Shown here: piece after piece, positions 12,993 through 26,963 of the stretch
Layout: each line of letters opens with the position of its first letter
How positions within the stretch are numbered: position 1 is the first letter of the stretch
Source: Eledone cirrhosa
Lineage: Eukaryota
Direction of reading: 5' to 3'
DNA length: 64,000 bases
Assembly (NCBI GenBank): GCA_964016885.1
Contig: OZ024741.1
Coordinates: 126,604,001-126,668,000 of the forward strand
Position numbers and translations under genes: made by a program
Notes under the pieces: model-generated
Seen by the model: the letters and a program-made list of their open reading frames with translations, nothing else
Told to the model about the DNA's origin: nothing
Databases searched by the model: none

Positions 12993-15900
12993 CAAATGGG
13001 CAGGCTACATCTACAATCAGGCACGATCTTTTTTCCTTGTCCAAAACCACCAGGTCAGACTATTGTGTTCCAGTTTCTTATCCGTCTTTATCCTAAAATC
13101 CCATAACACCTTCACCTGATCGTTTTCTATCACCGACTCTGGCTTATGCTCATACCACTTCTCAGAATGTGGTAAATTGTTTACTTTGCATAGGTGCAGG
13201 TGGATCACCCTGCCCATCACATCATGTCTCCAGCCTTTATAGTGAGTCTGGGCTAGGTGTTTACACTCGGATACAATGTGAGCCACAGTCTCCTCTCTCT
13301 CTCCACAGATCCTACACAGTGGGCTAGCCTCCTCCTTGTAAATATGGTGTTTCACCCATTTCGTTTTGAGTGCCTGCTCTTCACCCATTTCGTATTTGTG
13401 CAGGTTGTTTTTCTCCATCTGAACACAGTCCTCTATGCTGATAAGACCTCTTCCACCTTCAGATCTCTTTAAGTAGCGTCTATCGACATCACTCCTCTTG
13501 TGTTACATGTTGTAGATTGTCAATAGCTTCCTAGTCTTCCTATCCATTTCTTTTTGTTCAGCAACATTCCATTTCAGAATTCCAGCACTGTACCTAATAA
13601 TAGACACAGCTCGGGAATTCACTGCACTTATGACATTCCTACTATTTAGATGTGATTTTAATACTATCCTTTCTCTCTATCAATTCCTTGCTTTTTTTGT
13701 TCTTGATGTCATCTGCCTCCAGAACACTTAAATATTTGTATCCTTCTTCAGTGTCAATTTCCTTTATCATCTCACATGTTGATACCTGGATTCCGTTGCT
13801 TCTGCTCAATTTACCCGTCTTCATCAATAGGAATCCACACTTATTAATACCAAATTCCATACATATATCATTGCTGAAAATACGGACAGTTTCAACAAGT
13901 ACATCCAACGCCTTCTCATTCTTCCTAAAGAGTTTAAGATCGTCGATGAAGATGAAGTGGTTGATGGTAAGCTCTCCTCTTCTCAGCTTGTATCCTGCTC
14001 TCACTTTTCGTAATATGACGGACAAGGGTATGAGGGTAAGGACAAACAACAAAGGGGCAAACTATCTCCCTTGATCTTCACGCCTCCCAAGGATTCTCCA
14101 CCCGATGTTAACTCTGTTTCCCAGGATTTCATACTTTTGCTCAACAACTGTCTGATGTTATCTGCCACCTTGAAGATCTCTAGGCTTTTGGTTATCCGAG
14201 AATGAGGTACCATGTCGAATGCCTTTTTGTAATCTATCCATCCCATTGCAAGACCAGGGTGTCTCCTCTTGCAATTCCTCATTACCACCTTATCAATAAG
14301 TAACTGGTCTTTTGTACCACGGGACTTCTTTCGGCATCCTTTCTGTTCATCCGGTAACAAGTTGTTTATGTGGAGGTGATGGTAGATTTCCTCAGACACA
14401 ATGCTTGTTAACAGTTTCCACATTACGGACAGACATGTGATAGAACTTTAGTTGGTAACACCATTACCCTTGATTCGGTCTTTCATTACCAGAACTGTGC
14501 TACCTTTTGTCAACCACTCTGGTACCTCACCCGACATCAAGCAGTCATTGAACATGGTTGTCAATTTCGGGTGGAGGGATGTTATATTTTTAATCCAATA
14601 CCCCTGCACACCATCTGGGCCAGGTGATTTCCAGTTGGTTAGTTTTTTGGCCTGCCCTTTAAGAGTTTAAGAGTTTCAACTGTGATACTCAAATCAGTTT
14701 GTTGGTGTGCTTGTTCACTAATCTCCTTTTGTACTGTCTCAATCCACACTGCCTGACTATTATATTCAACATCCTGCTCCCATATTCCTCTCCAGAATGT
14801 CTTAGTCTGTTCCGCCACAGGGATCAAGTCGTTGCCTCTTTCTTTCCCTTCAAGCTGTCCAAACAACATCTTCTGATTGTTGTCAAACATGCGGTTCTGT
14901 CTATACTGACTGACTCTGCTTTCATACCGCCTAATATTTTTGCACACTTTGCTACAATGCGTTGCTTCAGTTCCTCTATGATAATATTTAGCTTTTCCCC
15001 CCTAGTTTTGTACTTTCCAATCTATTTTTAGTGTCTATGTTTTGTAATGTCCCATTCAGTAGGGACTCAAGCTTTCCGATGTCTTTTCTCATTTCCTTGA
15101 TTTGACCATTCAGTCGTTTCTTCCACTGATCTTTCTTGTTTGTTGTTTCTCTCGTTTTTATGCCAAGTAATTTCCTCACCGCATTTGCTGTTGCTTTGAG
15201 GATATTGTTGCACTGGTGAAGGTTCCTCGCCTCAAGGTATGGGATGACTTTGTTTACCTTAGCTGTTGTTTCTTTTAACTTTTTCCTGTCTACAAATCTT
15301 AGGTTCATAGGTTTTCCACTATCATTGTTCATTTCATCTACGACTAAGTTCAGGATGTCCCGTCACCATTCATTTCCTCAATGGCCGTATCTTTGTTCCA
15401 GATGTTATTTATTTCAGCATTCAGATCATTGTCTGCTTCGGATGCTTCCTCAGGTCTCTCAACCTCTTCACCTTCATTTCCCAATGGCTCCTTTGCCTGA
15501 CACACTCCACTCTCCATTTCCAACTTAATCTCTCTGCTCAGTTCCTGCAGTTCCAGCTCGCTTATCCATCCATTAGTTCTTATTACCCGAGCCTGCCCGG
15601 CCAATTTTTGTTCATCTAATTTAAATAGACCAATCTCGTTCCAGATGTTATGCATCCGTTTCCTATAGCCTTTTTCCATGGGGTTACTTTTCAGGTAACA
15701 TTCCATGACAGTTCTATTCAATTCTTTCGTTCAGCTGGTTCTTGTCCCTTTCCTTCTTCTTCCCCCAAGACCAGCAATATTTGGATGACAGCCAGGTCCC
15801 TGCTGCTGAGCCAGGGAGCACTTGCTGGGGGAAAGTTTTCCACATGACGTTCCAGTCTCCTCTTCACTGTTATTCGAACTGTTTAGGTTCGACATTTAAA

Positions 15901-16285
15901 CACTCATATCGAGGATTGCTGAATGTATGGTTACATAACCACCGGTGATTTCATCACCCCCGGTGATTTTAGCGTGGCACCATCACGCTGTAGACGAACA
16001 TAAATAAATAAAAAAATAAATAGATAAAAACTTAAAAAAATAAACATAAGCTTCATTGTAATGTTTGAATGTCTGAGATAGTTTTTTTTTTTTTTTCCTT
16101 TTTGTTTTTCACGGCCAGTAACATCGGTTACTAGTGTTGTTGTTGCTGCTGCTGCTATTTTTGATTTTAGCTACGAGGGAGGTAGGGTTGTTGCGTTCAA
16201 AACTTTTGAAATTTGTTTTTCTTTTGTTCTTGCATTTGTTTTTGTCTGTGTTCTGTTCTGTAAATTTTCGACTTGTTGCTTATCA
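12990..16285 (-). mobile_element. R4/Dong-like family B, degenerate copy with an internal deletion
   Basis: N-terminal GYRKRMHNIW...LAGQARVI, WKSPGPDG, EQKGC, DYKKAFD, FIDD, CRIC..H..C, RHD; colinear with 18504-22340. Confidence 0.9.
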
Positions 16286-16292
16286 TTATTAT

Positions 16293-16419
16293 TATCCCGC
16301 CGAGGTTACCTTTGCCTTTCATCCTTACGGGGGTCGATAAAATAAAGTACCAGTAATGCAATGGTTAATTGCTGGCCTTGTGCCAAAAGTAGAAACAATT
16401 ATTATTATTATTATTATTA
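16293..16419 (+). mobile_element. 5'-truncated S1 SINE with (ATT)n tail
   Basis: ATCCCGCCGAGGTTACCTTTGCCTTTCATCC...AGAAACAATTATTATT. Confidence 0.75.
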
Positions 16420-18480
16420 CAGTTGCATTTATCTTGCTTTATGTTCATACGAGTTATCACCAAGTCACAACCAGTGACCTCAAGAGACAACAAGGTCCGC
16501 CATGTTCAAGGAAGAACATACATACTCACACATGCATCTTTAGTGTTTAGACTTGTGATGTACTTATATTGACAGAATCTTCCTTAGTATATGGGCAGTT
16601 CCCATTAGTACTATCTTTTGTATTTCTCCTATACGCGGGTTTCCTGGGATTTGCGATAAGTAATCATTAGACCCCTTAGTTATCATTCCCAGAGCGCCTA
16701 CAACCACTGGTATTGTTTTAGTTCTCAATTTCCACATTTTTCCAATTTCTATCTCCAGGTCCTTATACTTGCTCAATTTTTCAAATGTTTTTATGGATAC
16801 ATTCTTGTCTATTGGAACAGACATATCAATTAGCAGGCATACCCTCTATTTAAAGTCCTTCAGTATTATATCAGGTCTATTTGCATCTATTTTTCGGTCT
16901 GTTTGGATGCTAAAGTTCCACAAGATTGAGATGTGATCTTTTTCAAGTATGGGAGGTGGTTGATGCTCCCACCAATTCTTTTGATGGGGCAGGTCAAAAT
17001 GCTTACACATTATCCAATGTATGTATTGTGCAGCTCTGTCATGCCTGTTTAGGTATTCGGTTGGAGCTATAGGACTGCACATTGAAATTATATGGTCAAT
17101 GGTCTCTGGTTGTTTTTTGCATACACGGCATAATGGGCTGCACCCATTTTTTATTATGTTGGCTTGGTAATTTTTTGTTGGCAGACACTGATCTTGTGCG
17201 GATATAATCAGTCCTTCAGTCTCCGATTTCAGTCCAGAGGATGCCAACCACTGATGGGTTAAAGTTTTGTCAACATCAGGATTGTTAGCTCGCTCTGGGT
17301 ATTTTCCATACAGAGGCTTTTTTTGCCATTTCTTAGCCAGTTTCTGTAGCAGTTCTTTCTTTGCAGTTACTTTTACCTGCTTTGCTTTTTCTGTGTTTTC
17401 CATTTCAGCAGTAAATGGGACTTCTGAAATTTGTAGTCCATTACTGTATCTTTGTGCATCTTTTGTAATGGAATATGATCTTTTGGTGCTTTCGTGTTTC
17501 AAAACGAGTTTGATCATCCAATCATGTGATTCCCTTAGATATGTGGATAATCCAATTGTTGCAGTTTTCAACGCAATGTCTAACTGGATTAAGCCACGTC
17601 CTCCTTCTTTCCTAGGGAGATATATTCTATCTATGTCAGCCTTAGGGTGATGCATTCTGTGCATGGTTAAGAATTTTCGGATTTTTGTATCGAGCCTACG
17701 GATCTCTGTGCTTGACCAGTTGATGACATTGTAACTGTAGGTTACTACTGGTATGGCAAGCGTGTTTATGGCATCGATCCTATTCCTTGCATTCAATTCC
17801 GTTCTTAAGATTGCTCTGACTCTGCGGTAACATTCCTTCCTTATCCTTTCCCTCATTGTCGAGTGCTTGATTCCGTCTCCTTCACAAACACCTAGATATT
17901 TGTAAGTTTGTTCTTGATCAAGCTCTCTTATCACGTTCCCCCGATCAAGATTAATGTCTGAACTCTTCAGCAGCTTTCCTCTGGTGAACGTTGCTTTGGC
18001 GCATTTATCCAGTCCAAACTCCATTTTAATGTCATCACTGAACTGCTTCACAGTGGATAATAGCCCTTGCAATTGTTCATCATTTTTTGCAAATAGTTTC
18101 AGGTCATCCATGTAGAACAGGTGATTAATGGTTTTGTCATAGACTCTATATCCATGTTTTGTTTCATTGAGCATTTTACTTAATGGTATAAGTGCGATGC
18201 GGAATAAAAGCGGTGATAAAGAGTCACCCTGAAAAATTCCACAATTAATGTTAACTTCGCCAGCTTCCAGTGATTTTGTTTCACTATTCAAAAGGAGTGT
18301 CGTTCTCCATGTCCTCATACTGAATGACAAAAACCTCCTGACAACGGGGGGATATTTTGAAAATCTCTAAACATTTTTCAATCCAACTGTGTGGCAAACT
18401 ATCAAATGCTTTTTTATAATCTATCCAAGCAATCGATAGATTTTTGTGTCTATTATGACAATCTTCCAGTATCATTTTGT
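16420..18480 (-). mobile_element. R4/Dong-like family A, second 5'-truncated copy (RT plus RLE nearly intact)
   Basis: 494-aa ORF 16846-18330 (QGDSLSP, FYMDD, GGRGL, CRVC..H..C, RHD, RPDI) continues in frame past one stop to 16564. Confidence 0.95.
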
Positions 18481-18503
18481 CATATTATTATTATTATTAT
18501 TAT

Positions 18504-21500
18504 TCCTTGAATCTCAGTCATTGATGTTAGTCAACTGGAAAGTCCGTTGGAATGAATATCAAGCCACTACCTGCAGCCTCAGATATTCAGGACGTATCGG
18601 AGGGTTCTTGCTGTTCCCAGCAAGCATGCCTTTTGAAGCGTTCCAAAAAGCATGAAGGGGCCGATTTTCTTTAACCATTCCTGGAAACTTTTGGAGATAG
18701 TCCCCAGTGCGCCTATGACAATCGGGATCACTTTGACTTCATGGCAGTTCCAAATCCTTTTTACCTCCCACTTTAAGTCCTGGTATCGGTTAATTTTCTC
18801 CCTCTCATTCTCTTTCACTCTCGTGTCGAATGGGCAGGCCACATCCACAATCAGACACGATCGTTTTTCTTTGTCCACAACCACCAGGTCAGGTCTATTG
18901 TGTTCCAGTTTCTTGTCCGTCTGTATCCTAAAATCCCACAGCACATTCACCTGATCGTTCTCCATCACCGCCTCTGGCTTATGCTCATACCATTTCTCAG
19001 AATGTGGTAAATTGTTTACTTTACACAGGTGCCAGTGGATCACCCTGCCCATCACATCGTGTCTCCAGCCCTTATAGTGGGTCTGGGCTAGGTGTTTACA
19101 CTCGGATACAATGTGAGCCACAGTCTCCTCTCTCTCTCCACAGATCCTGCACAGTGGGCTAGCCTCCTCCTTGTAAATATGGTGTTTCAACCACTTCGTT
19201 TTGAGGGCCTGCTCCTGCGCAGCCATTAACATTCCTTCTGTAGCCTTTTTAAGGTCTCCTCTTCTCAACCAGTTCCATGTCTGTGGATCTCTAAATTCAG
19301 TTTTCTCAAAGAAGGTACTATGAAGGCATTTTTCCTGAAGGCTGCTCTTTCTCCTTGATGTTATTTCCTCCTTGGACATCCCCTGGCCTATTGTCCCCTC
19401 CTTCAGTACAGTTCTGAGCATTGGCTCCTTACTATCAGTCACGTATTTGTGTAGGTTGTTTTTTCTCCATCTGAACACAGTCCTCTATGCTGATAAGACC
19501 TCTTCCACCCTCAGATCTCCTTAAGTAGAGTCTATCGACATCACTCCTCTTGTGTAACATATTGTAGATAGTCAATAGCTTCCTAGTCTTCCTATCCATT
19601 TCTTTTTGTTCAGCAACATTCCATCTCAGAATTCCCGCACTGTACCTAATAATAGACACAGCTCGGGAATTTACTGCACTTATGGCATTCCTATTGTTCA
19701 GATGTGACTTTAATACGCTCCTTACTCTCCGAATGTATTCAGTTCTTATCAATTCCTTCATTTTTTTGTTCTTGATGTCATCAGCCTCCAGAACGCCCAA
19801 ATACTTGTATCCTTCCTCAGAGTCAATTTCTTTTATCATCTCACCTGTTGGTATCTGGATTCCGTTACTTCTGCTCAACTTACCCCTCCTCATCACAATG
19901 ACTCCACACTTACTAATACCAAATTGTATACATATATCATTGCTGAAAATACGGACAGTGTCAACAAGCACATACAACTCCTTCTCACTCTTCCCGAAGA
20001 GCTTAAGATCGTCCATGAAGACGAGGTGATTGATGGTAAGCCCTCCCTTTCCCAACCTGTATCCTGCTCTCACTTTTCGCAGTACACTGGTCAGGGGCAT
20101 CAGGGCAAGGACAAACAACAGAGGGGACAGACTATCTCCCTGGAAGATCTTCACGCTTCCCAAGGATTCTCCAGTTGATGTTAACTCTGTTTCCCAGGAC
20201 TTCATACTTTTGCCCAACAACTGTCTGATGTTATCTGCCACCTTGAAGATCTCCAGGCTTTTGGTGATCCAAGAATGAGGCACCATGTCAAATGCCTTTT
20301 TGTAGTCTATCCATCCCATGGCAAGACCAGTGTGTCTCCTCTTGCAATTCCTCATTACCATCTTATCAATAAGTAACTGGTCCTTTGTACCACGTGACTT
20401 CTTTCGGCATCCTTTCTGTTCGTCCGGTAACAAGTTGTTTGTGTGGAGGTGATGGTAGATTTCCTCAGACATAATGCTTGTCAACAGTTTCCACATTACG
20501 GACAGACATGTGATAGGTCTATAGTTGGTAACATCATTACCCTTGATTCGGTCTTTCATTATCAGAACTGTGGTACCTTTTGTCAACCACTCTGGTACCT
20601 CACCTGACATCAAGCAGTCATTGAACATGGTTGTCAGTTTCGGGTGGAGGGATGTTATGTTTTTAATCCAATACCCCTGCACACCATCTGGGCCAGGTGA
20701 TTTCCAGTTGGTTAGGTTTTTTGGCCTGCCCCTTAAGAGTTTCAACTGTGATACTCAAATCAGTTTGTTGGTGTGCCTGTTCACTGATCTCCTTCTGTAC
20801 TGTCACAATCCACACTGCCTGGTCATTATGTTTAACATCCTGCTCCCATATTCCTCTCCAGAATGTTTTAGTTTGTTCCGCCTCAGGGATCAAGTCGTTG
20901 CCTCTTTCTTTCCCTTCAAGCTGTCCAAACAGCATCTTCTGGTTGCTGTCGAACATGTGGTTCTGTCTATACTAGCTGACTCTGTTCTCGTATCGCCTGA
21001 TTTTTGCACTCTTTGCTACAATGCGTTGCTTCAGTTCCTCTATGATAATATTTAGCTTTTTTCTCCTAGTTTTGTACTTTATTTCCAGTCTATTTTTAGT
21101 GCCTATGTTTTTTAGTGTCCCATTCAGTAGTGACTCAAGCTTTCCAATGTCATTTCTCATTTCCCTGATTTGACCACTCAGTCGTTTCTTCCACCAAGGC
21201 TCTGCTCTTTCTTGTCTGTTGTTTCCTCTCGCTTTTATACCAAGTAGTTTCCTCACCGTATTTGCTGTTGCTTTGAGGATATTGTTGCACTGGTGAAGGC
21301 TCCTCGCCTCAAGGTATGGGATGACTTTGTTTACCTTAGCTGTTGTTTCTTTTAACTTTTTCCTGTCTACAAATCTTAGGTTCATAGGTCTTCCACTATC
21401 ATTGTTCAATTCATCTACCACTAAATTTAGGATGTCAACCGAATCTTGTCCTAGCCCGTCAGCATTCATCTCCTCAGTGGCCGTATCTCTGTTCCAGGTA

Positions 21501-23140
21501 TTATTTATCTCAGTATTCAGATCATTGTCTGCTTCGGGTGGTTCCTCCGTTCTCTCGACCTCTTCACCTTCATTTCCCACTGGCTCGTTTGCCTGGCATA
21601 CTCCACCCTCCATCTCCAAGCTAATCTCTCTGCTCAGTTCCTCCAGTTCCAGCTCGCTTATCCACCCATTAGTTCTTATTACCCGAGCCTGCCCGGCCAA
21701 TTTTTGTTCATCTAATTTAAATAGACCAATCTCGTTCCAGATGTTATGCATCCGTCTCCTATATCCCCTCTCCTTGGGGTTACTTTTCAGGTAACATTGC
21801 ATAACAGTTCTATTCAATTCTTTCGTCCAGTTGGTTCTGGTCCCTTTCCTTCTTCTTCTTCCTCCGACACCAGCAGTATTTGGTTGACAGCCAGGTTCCT
21901 CCTGCTGAGCCAGGGAGCACCTGTTGGGTGAGAGTCTGTCACATGACGTTCTGGTCTCCATTTCACCGTTATTCGAACTGTTTAGGTTCGATATTTAAAC
22001 ACTCTTATCGAGGATTGGCGAATGTATGGTTACATAACCATCTGTGGATTCACCGACTCCGGTGGTTGCGTCGCTCCACTTGGCTCTTGTGTGGCATTAT
22101 CACCACGCTGTAGACGAACACAAATAAACAAACAAACAGGCAGAAAAAACCCCAAAAATGAATAAGCATAAGTTTCATTGTAATGTGTTCGAATGTCTGA
22201 CTTAGTTTTTCCTTTCTCTTCTCTGTCCGTCCGCTTGTTTCTCTTTTCATTCTTATTTTCTTTACGTTTTTTTTTGTTTTTGTTTTTCTTTTTTGTTGTT
22301 GTTGTTGTTGCTGTGCTGCTTTGGTTTTGATTTTTGTTTTTTCTTTTGAGTCTATCTATATATTTTGATGCCTTCCTCTTTTTTTATTAGGAATTCTATA
22401 ATGTGGTGGCAGTGCTGTGCTAGTAGCAACTAGCAGGAAGCAATGGGAGAGAATAGCGGCGGTAGCGATACTGAGACAGTGGTGGTGGTGATGTGATCGT
22501 ATTACCGTAGTGATGGTGTTGTAGCGGTGGTAGCAATGAAGGAGTGGTGGCGGCGGTGATGGGATAGTGGTAGTAATGATTGATGGGTGACGTTGTCGTT
22601 ACTGATGTTCGTTCGGTGAATCTATGGGGTTAGTCGCGTACATGTGTTGACATAAATTCCCTTAATGTTGGAATTAAACATTTTGTTAAAACTTGGGACA
22701 ATAATAATAGTATTTATTATTATCATTATGTTGAGATTGCTTGTGGTGGTGGTGAAGTTGCCGTTATCTTGGCTGTTGTGTTTAGTGTACACAGAGAGGT
22801 GATGGGGTAGGTCGTGTATCTAGTTTCTGGTGTTGGTGAGATTGGTGTTGTTTGGCTGTTCTATATAGTGTAGACAGAGGAGAGGGGGGGTTTCTTCTTC
22901 TTCCATTTATAGCCATTTTCTTTTTTGAATATACAATGTACAATACAAAGTTGAATATTTGAATATTTGAGCCTTATAACAATATATTTTGGGTCCGAAT
23001 TTTTTTGGGGCTCAAGCCGGATACTTTACGTAACATTTGTACTAAGAGTTGTTATTTCACAAATGATTTAAATATGTTAAAAATTCAAAACTTACGGCAG
23101 CGATTTCATGACCTTCTACCACCTAGTGCGTCTTCTTCCC
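18504..23140 (-). mobile_element. R4/Dong-like family B, near full length (frameshifted ORF 21961 to 18579; 5' boundary beyond ~22340 uncertain)
   Basis: ORF pieces of 329, 97, 436 and 299 aa give the N-terminal domain, RT (FMDD), CCHC motif and PD-(D/E)xK-type RLE; bracketed by (TTA)n at ~18484 and 23141. Confidence 0.9.
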
Positions 23141-23186
<46 letters not shown>

Positions 23187-23756
23187 TATGGTGGTGGGTT
23201 GGCAGTGGGTGTTGAGTATCAGACACCATGCTTTGCAGCATAATGTTATGGCTCTTTACGTACAGAGCCAGCAAAAATACTGCAAAGTACTTCCTCTAAC
23301 GACCTGATTATTCTGCTAATGCGTTACCCTTGGTTTCTAGTTTAGGCACAAAGCCAGGAAGTTTGGGAAGACAACAGTCAACTATATTTTACAGACTCCT
23401 GAATGATGAAAAACAAAATTGAGCGCGACAGGATTTAAACTCTGGAACATACACTGCAGAGCATTTTGTACGCCGTTTATTAGATTCTTGGAATTCACCA
23501 GTTATAACATAACTACATACCCACCTACCTTTTTAACGAAATACAGTTCAGATACCATCATTCGGAAGTACTCTTTCAAATAAGAAAGCCCTGGTCATGA
23601 ATTATTTCACAAAGAAGACTATGCATGGATATATGGAAAGACGAATATAATGTACACAGGGTTTGTCAAAATCCAGGAGAACATTCCTTTTGCCACCAAG
23701 GAGCAATTTATGTCAACCTTTATAGATACATAAAACTGAATCACTTTTATCAGACA

Positions 23757-24756
23757 CTAGCAGTAAAGCCCGGCGTTGCTCGGGGTCGCTCAGTAGCTGT
23801 GTTAAAGTTACAATGTTAAGTTTCTTTCTTGGCTTAAAAACTGTAGTGTCTACTGTGCAGACTTGCATGTGGTGTTTTTGATTAATATTCCATCAACCAA
23901 CTATATGCCTTATGAATTAAGAAAACATAACGATAACCCGAATGTTATAACAAAAGAGGATGCTGGGGATAGAAACTGCACTGGTTATTTATTAACAAAG
24001 ATCGAAAATGTAAACACTGCAACGCAGAGAAAAACATTAGCGTAACCAAATTATCAGTTATGTCTGTCTGCACGCCTATATCACCTCTCTGCACGACTGT
24101 CTGTCTGCACGCCTATATCACCTCTCTGCACGACTCTCTGTCTGCACGCCTATATCACCTCTCTGCACGACTGTCTGTCTGCACGCCTATATCACCTCTC
24201 TGCACGACTGTCTGTCTGCACGCGTATATCACCTCTCTGCACGACTGTCTGTCTGCACGACTGTCTGTCTGCACGACTGTCTGTCTGCACGCCTAACGAC
24301 GAAGTATTTGCTTGTTTTACGTAGTCTTTAAATAGACTTGTTTTCAAGTAAAAATATTGTTTTAAAATGCTTTTAAATGGAAATGAAGCAAAACGGAAGC
24401 TTAGTGTTCGAACTGATGAATTTTGCAGGTCAATATTTTGCTGGCTCGACAACTGTTCGTGTATTGTGTTAATGTCATTTTAAACGCTGAGAAAGCCAGC
24501 GTAATTTTTTACGTAAGACGCTCAATGTAAACAGAACAAAGGGAAATAACTGATAACTTACGCTCAAAAATCGATACATTATATTCGATTTCGTCACATA
24601 GGGTGGGTCAATTTGAAATATTCTTTTTCCGATGTCTTCGCTAGGGCTCAATGTACAAGTATAGCAATTTCGGTGCAATTCCGTGAGAGATTCTAAGAGG
24701 AGATGTGTGCCAAAAATCGATAGACAGACAGACAACCACAGTTTTATATATATAGA
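23757..24756 (-). mobile_element. Non-autonomous Helitron
   Basis: Minus strand starts TCTATATATATAAAA, ends with hairpin CCCGAGCAACGCCGGG then CTAG, and sits between A and T (Helitron target rule). Confidence 0.8.
24061..24295. repeat. 37-bp minisatellite (5 units plus 16-bp sub-units) inside the Helitron
   Basis: Unit TGTCTGTCTGCACGCCTATATCACCTCTCTGCACGAC, contiguous, no spacers. Confidence 0.9.
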
Positions 24757-24859
24757 TAAGAGATATAGGACAACATGTGTTATCGTCAAAACTGAGGACG
24801 TTGTAAAAGCAAAAGCCCAGATAGTACGGGACACATCTGCCCATAAACGGCTACATGTA

Positions 24860-25495
24860 AAACGCACCCAACATCCACAACGCCACCACCAACATTAATA
24901 GCATTTCCTGCCACTAACGCCAAACCCACCACACCCACTACCAACACCACACCCATCACCAACGCCAACATGTCTACTACTAATACCCAAATACCCATCA
25001 TTAATACCAACAACAACATTAATATATTAACGATGAACACTACGAAGAACCACGCCACCATCATTATTACCTCCCTAACACCACCATCATCATCAACTAC
25101 ATAAACACCGCCATCATCATCAACTACACAAACATCACTAACATCATTAACTCCACCAACAACAGCAACATCATCAACTCCACGAACAGTATCATAACAA
25201 TCATTAACTTCACCAACAACCAACAACCAACAACCATCAATTAACGCCACCAACAACCACCACACCACCACCCTTACGATCACCTCCACACCACCACCCC
25301 TACTAACACCACCACACCACCACCCCTACGAACACCACCACCCCACAACCCCTACGAACACCACCACACCACCTCCTCTACGAACACCACCACCTCTTCC
25401 AATACGATTACAACCTCCAATAACACTACCACCACCATCATCATCATCATTAACTCTACCACCACCACCAATAATTATCACCACCACTACCATAG
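24860..25495. repeat. ACC/CAA-rich low-complexity tract
   Basis: Degenerate CACCAC and CAACAA repeats. Confidence 0.7.
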
Positions 25496-25635
25496 ATATC
25501 AAAAGGCAGCTATATTTAACTTAACGTCAATGTGACTTTACTAATGAAATCTCTGCATGCTGATTTAATTTACATTTCATTCATTCTTGTATGCATCTGA
25601 TAGAACACGCACACTAACACGCACATATATACTGA

Positions 25636-25694
<59 letters not shown>

Positions 25695-26864
25695 ATACAC
25701 ATACACACACACTCACACTCACACACATATTTAAAGTTCAAGACAACCACTATGTTTTACCTCTTGAAGTTTATGAGAGAATACAGTGTTTTTCCTTTGC
25801 CTGAATGTTTAAGTAATTCGCTTCACATTCACTTGGTCCTGGGTTCGGTTCTACTGCATGGCACATTCGATAAATGTCATTTACCATTGCTTCTGGTTGA
25901 TATAGTGGCGGTGCGTGGCCTTATGGTAAGGGTACTGGACCGACTGTTTATTATATAATCATGTTATACGTATTTCAAAGACATCAAAGTGATTGCATAA
26001 CTCTTTGACGTGCTTTCATCAGACAGGTGTTACGTTGTAATGTGTTTTATGTGCTATTGTAGTTAAGAGCGTGCTGGTAGTAGTAGCCCACTGGCAGTAA
26101 GCATATTGTATACTTAATTGTTTCTGTAGGCAATCGGCGTGTGGAAGATACTACACTTGCTAAACTTTTGGGATCGTCAGTAGAGTAAGGTGTCAAATTA
26201 CCAAGTGGGTCATCCGCCCCAGTTTAAATAGGTTAAAAAATTAGTCTCAATAATTTACTTATTTATTTACTTTAGCTGCTGGCGCCGTATTCATAGATGC
26301 AGGGTGAACAGCACGAGAAAATATATGTATACACGTACACACACACACCAAAGTAAAATTATTCAGACTAATCCTTGACCCAAGTAAACTGGAGCGACTG
26401 ACCCACATGGTAATTGGACACTTTAGTCTAGTGACCATCCCCGGAATTTTAACAAGGGTAGTATCACCACACCCTGCTCGCCTACAGAAACAGTTATGTA
26501 CAGCATATGCTTTCAGGTAGTGGGACTGCTACCACCACGTTCCTAACTACGGTGGCATATCAAAAACAAAAACATTACAACTGATGAAATACATATAACA
26601 AGATTATATAATAAACAGACGATGTACACTCAAAACCGTCTCTCTTCTTTATAATATTGATTTCTACTATTGGCACAAGGCCTCTTCTTCATAATATTGA
26701 CACTCCGTTTGATACCTTATTGAGAATATTTTGAGTAACACAAGTCGTGGAGTGCTTTATGTTTATTTCCAACTACAATCGGTCGTTTAACTTAACCAAC
26801 TTTTCATTACTTGAATTATATATATATATATGTATATCTATCTATCTATATATATATATATATC

Positions 26865-26895
<31 letters not shown>

Positions 26896-26896
26896 T

Positions 26897-26963
<67 letters not shown>

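Noticed and set aside
17267-21794. Plus-strand ORFs overlapping the R4/Dong elements
   Set aside because: Antisense shadows of the LINE ORFs with no recognisable motifs.
24061-24295. 37-bp repeats of CRISPR-like length
   Set aside because: Units are contiguous with no unique spacers, no cas genes, eukaryotic context.
26380-26560. Unique-looking, less AT-rich stretch as a possible host exon
   Set aside because: No recognisable protein motif or convincing splice pair; cannot be supported without transcript data.
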